Assembly (NCBI GenBank): GCA_964016885.1
Contig: OZ024756.1
Span: forward strand, 37,572,001-37,636,000
Direction: 5' to 3'
Length of the DNA: 64,000 nucleotides
DNA from: Eledone cirrhosa
Lineage: Eukaryota
Each line of letters opens with the position of its first letter. Positions within the stretch are counted from its first letter, which is position 1. A program made the position numbers and the translations under genes. This document shows, one piece after another, positions 57,128-64,000 of this stretch. The notes beneath the pieces are model-generated. The model had not been told where the DNA came from. It ran no database searches and saw nothing but the letters and a program-made list of their open reading frames with translations.

Positions 57128-57180
57128 ATTATGTAGCCAACATAGAGCACTCTTTTTTCCTGTACCTTTCCGATGGAAAT

Positions 57181-57266
<86 letters not shown>

Positions 57267-57683
57267 CAATAAATGCCACAGAAAAATTCTTCATTCCATT
57301 TTAAGAATTGTAATGGTTGGTTGGCTGGTTGAGTGTGAGGTAAGGTGGAGTGGAGTGTAGAGTGGGGTGTAGTCTGTGGAGGAAAGGAAGAAATATTGGG
57401 AAAGGAGAGCTCAACATAGAGATGGGGGGGAAGGAATATATTTTTTTTTAAAATTTCCTTACACAAAAATTCCTCTCAGTTATTTTAATTTTGTCCCTTT
57501 ATTTCTAAACTTTTATTATTTACCTCTTTTTTACATTTATTTTATTTATTATTTTTTAATTATTATCTTTTTATATATATTTATTTTATTTATTATTTTT
57601 TATTATTATTTTTTTATATATTTATTTTATTTATTATTTTTTAATTATTATTTTTTTATATATTTATTTTATTTATTATTTTA

Positions 57684-57872
57684 TTGGATTGGCAGTATCG
57701 GTAGAGGGTCGGGCGCCATGCTTTGAAGCATAGTGTTACCTCCCTTTATGATCTGAGTTCAAATCCCGCCGAGGTTAACTTTGCCTTTCATCCTTATGGG
57801 GTCGATAAAATAAAGTACCAGTAATACACAGGGATAATTGCTGGTCTTGTGCCAAAAGTAGAAACAATTATT
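57684..57872 (+). mobile_element. SINE family A in a T-rich low-complexity tract
   Basis: A/B boxes and body. Confidence 0.85.
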
Positions 57873-58520
57873 TTATTTATTATTTTTTATTTATTTATTT
57901 TTATATTTATTTTATTTATTATTTTTTATTTTTTATCTTTTTTTTAAATATTTATTTTATTTATTTTTATTTTTTATATTTATTTTATTTATTATTTTTA
58001 AATATTTATCTTTTTTATATTTATTTTATCTATTATTTTTTTATTATTTATTTATTTTTATATTTAATTCATTTATTATTTTATTTATTATTTTTTAATT
58101 ATTTATTTTTTATATTTATTTCATTTATTATTTTTAATTATTTACCTCTTTTTTATATTTATTTTGTTTATTTTATTTAGTATTTTTTAATTATATATTT
58201 ATTTTATTTTTAATTATTTATCTTTTTATTTTTTTTTTTATTTTTAATCTTTTTTATATTTATTTTATTTATTATTCTAAATTATTTATTTATTTATTTA
58301 TTTATTTTTCTTTCTTTCTTTATTATTTATTTGTTTGTTTATATATTCTTTGTAATAAGGCTCAGGGGTGGGGGTGAGTCATTGTTTTCCCCTTTTCGGT
58401 AACTTTTCAAAAACAAAAAAAATTTCTAACATTTCAATATTTTTTTTGTATCTATTTTTCTCATTGTATCCTCTCTGTTTATGTTGTCATTATTGTTGTT
58501 ATTGTTGTTGTTATGACAGG

Positions 58521-58718
58521 GGCAGTGGATTGGCAGTATCGGTAGACGGTCGGACGCCATGCTTTGCAGTACAGAGTTACGGCCCTTTACGTTCTGAATT
58601 CAAATCCCGCCGAGCTTAACTTTGCCTTTCATCCCTACGGAGGTCTCGATAAAATAAAGTACCAGTAATATACTGGGGTAATTACTGACCTTGTGCCAAA
58701 AGTAGAAATAATTATTAT
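58521..58718 (+). mobile_element. SINE family A
   Basis: A/B boxes and body. Confidence 0.85.
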
Positions 58719-58807
58719 GACTGCTATTGTTATTTTTGTTGTTTTTGTAGTTGTTATTGTTATTATGTTTGTTGTTGGTGTTATTGTTATTGGCATAGTT
58801 CTAAATT

Positions 58808-59040
58808 GGACATGTCCCCTATAGTTCTAAGGTAAATGTGTCCCCTATATTCACAAGATAGACATATCCCCCTTATATTCTAAGGTGAACATATCCCCCT
58901 TATATTCTAAGGTGAACATATCCCCCTTATATTCTAAGGGGAACATGTCCCCCTTATATTCTAAAGTGAACATGTCCCCCTTATATTCTAAAGTGAACAT
59001 GTTCCCCTTATATTCTAAGGTGAACATGTCCCCCTATAAT
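58808..59040. repeat. 27-bp minisatellite GTGAACATGTCCCCCTTATATTCTAAG, ~8 units
   Basis: Direct reading. Confidence 0.9.
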
Positions 59041-59101
59041 TTAGAGAAGATGAGAGAACAGCAGATGAAATAATTTGCCAGCAAGATATAAAAGTAGTAT
59101 A

Positions 59102-59245
59102 GTGCACATTGTAGTGCATACCATTGTATTGCATGTGGTGTTTACTGTGCACATTGCAGTGCATACCATTGTATTGCATGTGGTGTTTACTGTGCACATT
59201 GTAGTGCATACCATTGTATTGCATGTGGTGTTTACTGTGCACATA
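59102..59245. repeat. 45-bp unit x3
   Basis: GTGCACATTGTAGTGCATACCATTGTATTGCATGTGGTGTTTACT. Confidence 0.9.
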
Positions 59246-59378
59246 TGTAATTAGATGCATGTCTGAGGAAGTGGGGTAGGGCTGTGTGTGTCTCTTTATG
59301 TATGTCTGTGTGTATATGTGTGTATGTGTGTCTGTGTATCTGTGTGTATTTCTGTGTATGTGTGTATGACAGACATAC

Positions 59379-59458
<80 letters not shown>

Positions 59459-59464
<6 letters not shown>

Positions 59465-59786
59465 GGTTACACAACAGTTAGTTCACCATAGCGAGAACAA
59501 TTGTTTCACCTTAGCAGATCCTCAGCTCGTAATGGACATGGTTATACGGAGAGAAGGGATGTTTTAGGTGAAAAAGTAGACACGCTTCATCATCCACTTT
59601 TCTAAAAGAACAAAAGTGGTTGTCCTTCCTGTTCCGTATAACCATGTCCATTACTAGCTGAGGATCCGCTAAGGTGAAACAATTGTTCTCGGTATGGTGA
59701 ACTAACTGTTGTGTAACCACTTCTACCTAACTCGTCCCATGGACTGAGTGCTCTACCACTACGGATATTACCCTCCAGTGTTCCAC

Positions 59787-59789
<3 letters not shown>
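59459..59789 (+). mobile_element. PLE-type fold-back element: ~92-bp arms, ~82-nt spacer and tail; hammerhead in each arm (59492-59529 minus, 59654-59691 plus)
   Basis: CGAG/CTAG-CTGAGGA-TCYGCTAAGGT-GAAA-CAATTG-TT-CTCG; same family as 26838. Confidence 0.8.
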
Positions 59790-59834
<45 letters not shown>

Positions 59835-60033
59835 GTAAGTCCATAGAATCATTACATAAAATATATACAGTATTTCTCCTCCCAATCAGAATAAATCAAC
59901 CGCACAAAAAATTATTTAAACGAGGCTATAAGTTTAAAATGTACTTATGAAGAAACAATAAACAAATGATATAGCTTCTTATCCGCGACTTACCGCTACA
60001 AAATATTTATCCAATATTTCTTTTAGCCTGTAG

Positions 60034-60134
<101 letters not shown>

Positions 60135-60185
60135 CTGACAGGCAGACAGATAGATAGATACATGGATAAATAGATAAATAGATAG

Positions 60186-60246
<61 letters not shown>

Positions 60247-60469
60247 CAGGCAGATTATTAGATGAGAAGAAGAAGAAGAAGAAGAAGAAGAAGAAGAAGA
60301 AGAAGAAGAAGGCAAAGAAGAAGAAGATCACTATGACAACGATGACAACAATGGTGATTCAAAGAAGACATAGGACCAGTAATGGCGGAGGTAGTGGATG
60401 ATTAAGGCTGAGTCATTGTAAATACTAAGGTTGGCCTTCTTTCAATGGTGGATCATTCCTCTACAATTC

Positions 60470-60826
60470 CACCACCATCACCATCACCATCACTAACATC
60501 ACCAACACCATCGTCATCACCGTCACCATCACCACCAACACCATCATCATCACCACCACCACTATCATAACCAGCACCATCATCACCACCAACATCATCA
60601 TCATCATCACCACCACCACTATCATAACCAACACCATCATCACCACCAACACCATCATCATCACCATCATCACTATCATAACCAATAGCAACATCACCAT
60701 CACCATCACCACCAACACCATCATCATCACCACCACTACTATCATAACCAGCACCATCATCACCATCACCACCAACACCATCATCATCATCATCACCACC
60801 ACCACTATCATAACCAACACCATCAC

Positions 60827-60867
<41 letters not shown>

Positions 60868-61203
60868 CTATCATAACCAATAGCAACATCAACATCACCA
60901 TCACCACCATCACCAACATCACCAGTATCACTATTGTAATCAACACCAACATCATCATCATCACTATCATAACCAACACCATCATCATCATCATCACCAT
61001 CACTATCATAACCAGCACCACTATCATAACCAATACCATCATCACCATCACCATCAACATCACCAGCACCACTATCATAACCAATACCATCACCATCACC
61101 AGCACCACTATCATCACCAGCACCAACATTACCACCATCATCCCTACCAACACCACCATCACCACCAACAGCATCACTATCACCATCATCTACACCAACA
61201 CCA
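60470..61203. repeat. Degenerate (CAT/CAC)n array
   Basis: Direct reading. Confidence 0.9.
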
Positions 61204-61204
61204 C

Positions 61205-63325
61205 TTTCTGTTCAAACCAGCTGTAACTGGCTTCTCATACTGATGTTAAGGTATTGTTTTCAAAATGAATAATATCAAAATCTCATAGATTCGATATTGG
61301 GTGAGATAATTATGTGAGGTAAAGCCTTCACTGTGAAAATACAATAGTATATATAGAGTAATGTAAATGGTATGTGAGATATTGTGTGAGGTAAAGCCTT
61401 TACTGTGAAAATACAATAGTATATATAGAGTAATGTAAATGTTATGTGAGATATTATGTGAGGTAAAGCCTTTACCATGAAAATACAATAGAATATATAG
61501 AGTAATGTAAATGTTATGTAAGATATTATGTGAGGTAAAGCCTTTACTGTGAAAATACAATAGTATATATAGAGTAATGTAAATGTTATGTAAGATATTA
61601 TGTGAGGTAAAGCCTTTACTGTGAAAATACAATAGTATATATAGAGTAATGTAAATGTTATGTGGGATATTATGTGAGGTAAAGCCTTCACTGTGAAAAT
61701 ACAATAGTATATATAGAGTAATGTAAATGTTATGTGAGATATTATGTGAGGTAAAGCCTTTACTGTGAAAATACAATAGTATATATAGAGTAATGTAAAT
61801 GTTATGTGAGATATTATGTGAGGTAAAGCCTTTACTGTGAAAATACAATAGTATATATAGAGTAATGTAAATGTTATGTAAGATATTATGTGAGGTAAAG
61901 CCTTTACTGTGAAAATACAATAGTATATATAGAGTAATGTAAATGTTATGTAAGATATTATGTGAGGTAAAGCCTTTACTGTGAAAATACAATAGTATAT
62001 ATAGAGTAATGTAAATGTTATGTAAGATATTATGTGAGGTAAAGCCTTTACTGTGAAAATACAATAGTATATATAGAGTAATGTAAATGTTATGTGAGAT
62101 ATTATGTGAGGTAAAGCCTTTACTGTGAAAATACAATAGTATATATAGAGTAATGTAAATGTTATGTGAGATATTATGTGAGGTAAAGCCTTTACTGTGA
62201 AAATACAATAGTATATATAGAGTAATGTAAATGTTATGTGGGATATTATGTGAGGTAAAGCCTTCACTGTGAAAATACAATAGTATATATAGAGTAATGT
62301 AAATGTTATGTAAGATATTATGTGAGGTAAAGCCTTTACTGTGAAAATACAATAGTATATATAGAGTAATGTAAATGTTATGTGGGATATTATGTGAGGT
62401 AAAGCCTTTACTGTGAAAATACAATAGTATATATAGAGTAATGTAAATGTTATGTGGGATATTATGTGAGGTAAAGCCTTTACTGTGAAAATACAATAGT
62501 ATATATAGAGTAATGTAAATGTTATGTGGGATATTATGTGAGGTAAAGCCTTCACTGTGAAAATACAATAGTATATATAGAGTAATGTAAATGTTATGTA
62601 AGATATTATGTGAGGTAAAGCCTTTACTGTGAAAATACAATAGTATATATAGAGTAATGTAAATGTTATGTGGGATATTATGTGAGGTAAAGCCTTTACT
62701 GTGAAAATACAATAGTATATATAGAGTAATGTAAATGTTATGTGGGATATTATGTGAGGTAAAGCCTTCACTGTGAAAATACAATAGTATATATAGAGTA
62801 ATGTAAATGTTATGTAAGATATTATGTGAGGTAAAGCCTTTACTGTGAAAATACAATAGTATATATAGAGTAATGTAAATGTTATGTGAGATATTATGTG
62901 AGGTAAAGCCTTTACTGTGAAAATACAATAGTATATATAGAGTAATGTAAATGTTATGTGAGATATTATGTGAGGTAAAGCCTTTACTGTGAAAATACAA
63001 TAGTATATATAGAGTAATGTAAATGTTATGTGAGATATTATGTGAGGTAAAGCCTTTACTGTGAAAATACAATAGTATATATAGAGTAATGTAAATGTTA
63101 TGTGAGATATTATGTGAGGTAAAGCCTTTACTGTGAAAATACAATAGTATATATAGAGTAATGTAAATGTTATGTGGGATATTATGTGAGGTAAAGCCTT
63201 TACTGTGAAAATACAATAGTGTATATAGAGTAATGTAAATGTTATGTGGGATATTATGTGAGGTAAAGCCTTTACTGTGAAAATACAATAGTGTATATAG
63301 AGTAATGTAAAAGCTAAAGGGTTAA
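61205..63325 (+). mobile_element. piggyBac-type MITE (left end lost) containing ~33 tandem copies of an internal 60-bp segment
   Basis: 61205-61310 aligns with 42439-42545; array ~61309-63310; ends GCTAAAGGG-TTAA. Confidence 0.88.
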
Positions 63326-63515
63326 ACTTTATGAAATATGTTGTCAAAATATAATGATGTAGACATATTGGTTTACTCTACATCTTCATTCTGGTCTTTA
63401 ATAAATAGTTTCAAGGTTATAATGATGATGATGATGATGATGATAGTGGTTATGATGATGACAATGATGATGATCATGATGATAGGAATGATTGTGATAA
63501 TGATGATGATGATGA

Positions 63516-63557
<42 letters not shown>

Positions 63558-64000
63558 TGCATATGGATGTGTGTGAGTGTGCGGTGTGTGAGTGTATGTG
63601 TGATGGCTATGATGTCGATAGAAATAGCAATGATCATAATGATGATGATGATGGTGACGATGATGATGGTGATGATGATGATGATGATGATGATGATTAA
63701 AGGTGATGACAATAATCATTGAAATAAATAAAAAAAAAAAAAGAAGCATGCACACATACAAATACATATACACACAGACAAACACATGCACAAACACTGA
63801 CACACAGACACACACAACTCCTCCCCCCGAAACACACACACAAACACATGCACAACGACCCCCACACAAACACATAAACAACGACACCCCCCAACCATCC
63901 CCACAACCACCACACACAAACACAATCACATGCACAAACACCCCCTCCCACACACACACAAACACATATAAACACACACAACCCCAAGCGACCCCTACCC

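Noticed and set aside
61246-63347. 680- and 690-aa ORFs
   Set aside because: Translations of a 60-bp MITE-derived array that happens to lack stops in two frames

Overview
Eukaryotic, microsatellite-saturated, largely non-coding DNA. The SINE families and the density of (TA)n/(CA)n/(CCA)n/(ATG)n repeats point to an octopus or other coleoid cephalopod genome (inference). No host gene could be identified, and nearly all ORFs in the track are translations of simple repeats. Real coding remnants are all retroelements: a Tx1/L1-type zf-RVT C-terminus (5.8-6.5 kb), a CR1-type RT C-terminus (13.0-13.3 kb), an R4/Dong-type RLE-endonuclease C-terminus (14.6-15.5 kb, with three 3' ends in TATG repeats), and RTE and Jockey-like ends. 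There are about 25 tRNA-SINE copies or fragments, a piggyBac-type MITE family (one copy has grown a 33 x 60-bp array), a Tc1-type MITE and many minisatellites. The most striking signal is not in the ORF track. The short unique-looking islands between (TA)n tracts repeatedly contain type I hammerhead ribozyme motifs (CTGANGA-stem II-GAAA-stem III-TH-stem I): roughly 9 sequence families and about 18 intact, degenerate or half copies. Many are arranged as fold-back palindromes plus a single-copy tail, and the inversion point often lies at or inside the ribozyme. This matches Penelope-like element (PLE) terminal-repeat biology, here without any detectable RT or GIY-YIG coding region. All structures were folded by eye and coordinates are approximate to a few bases.
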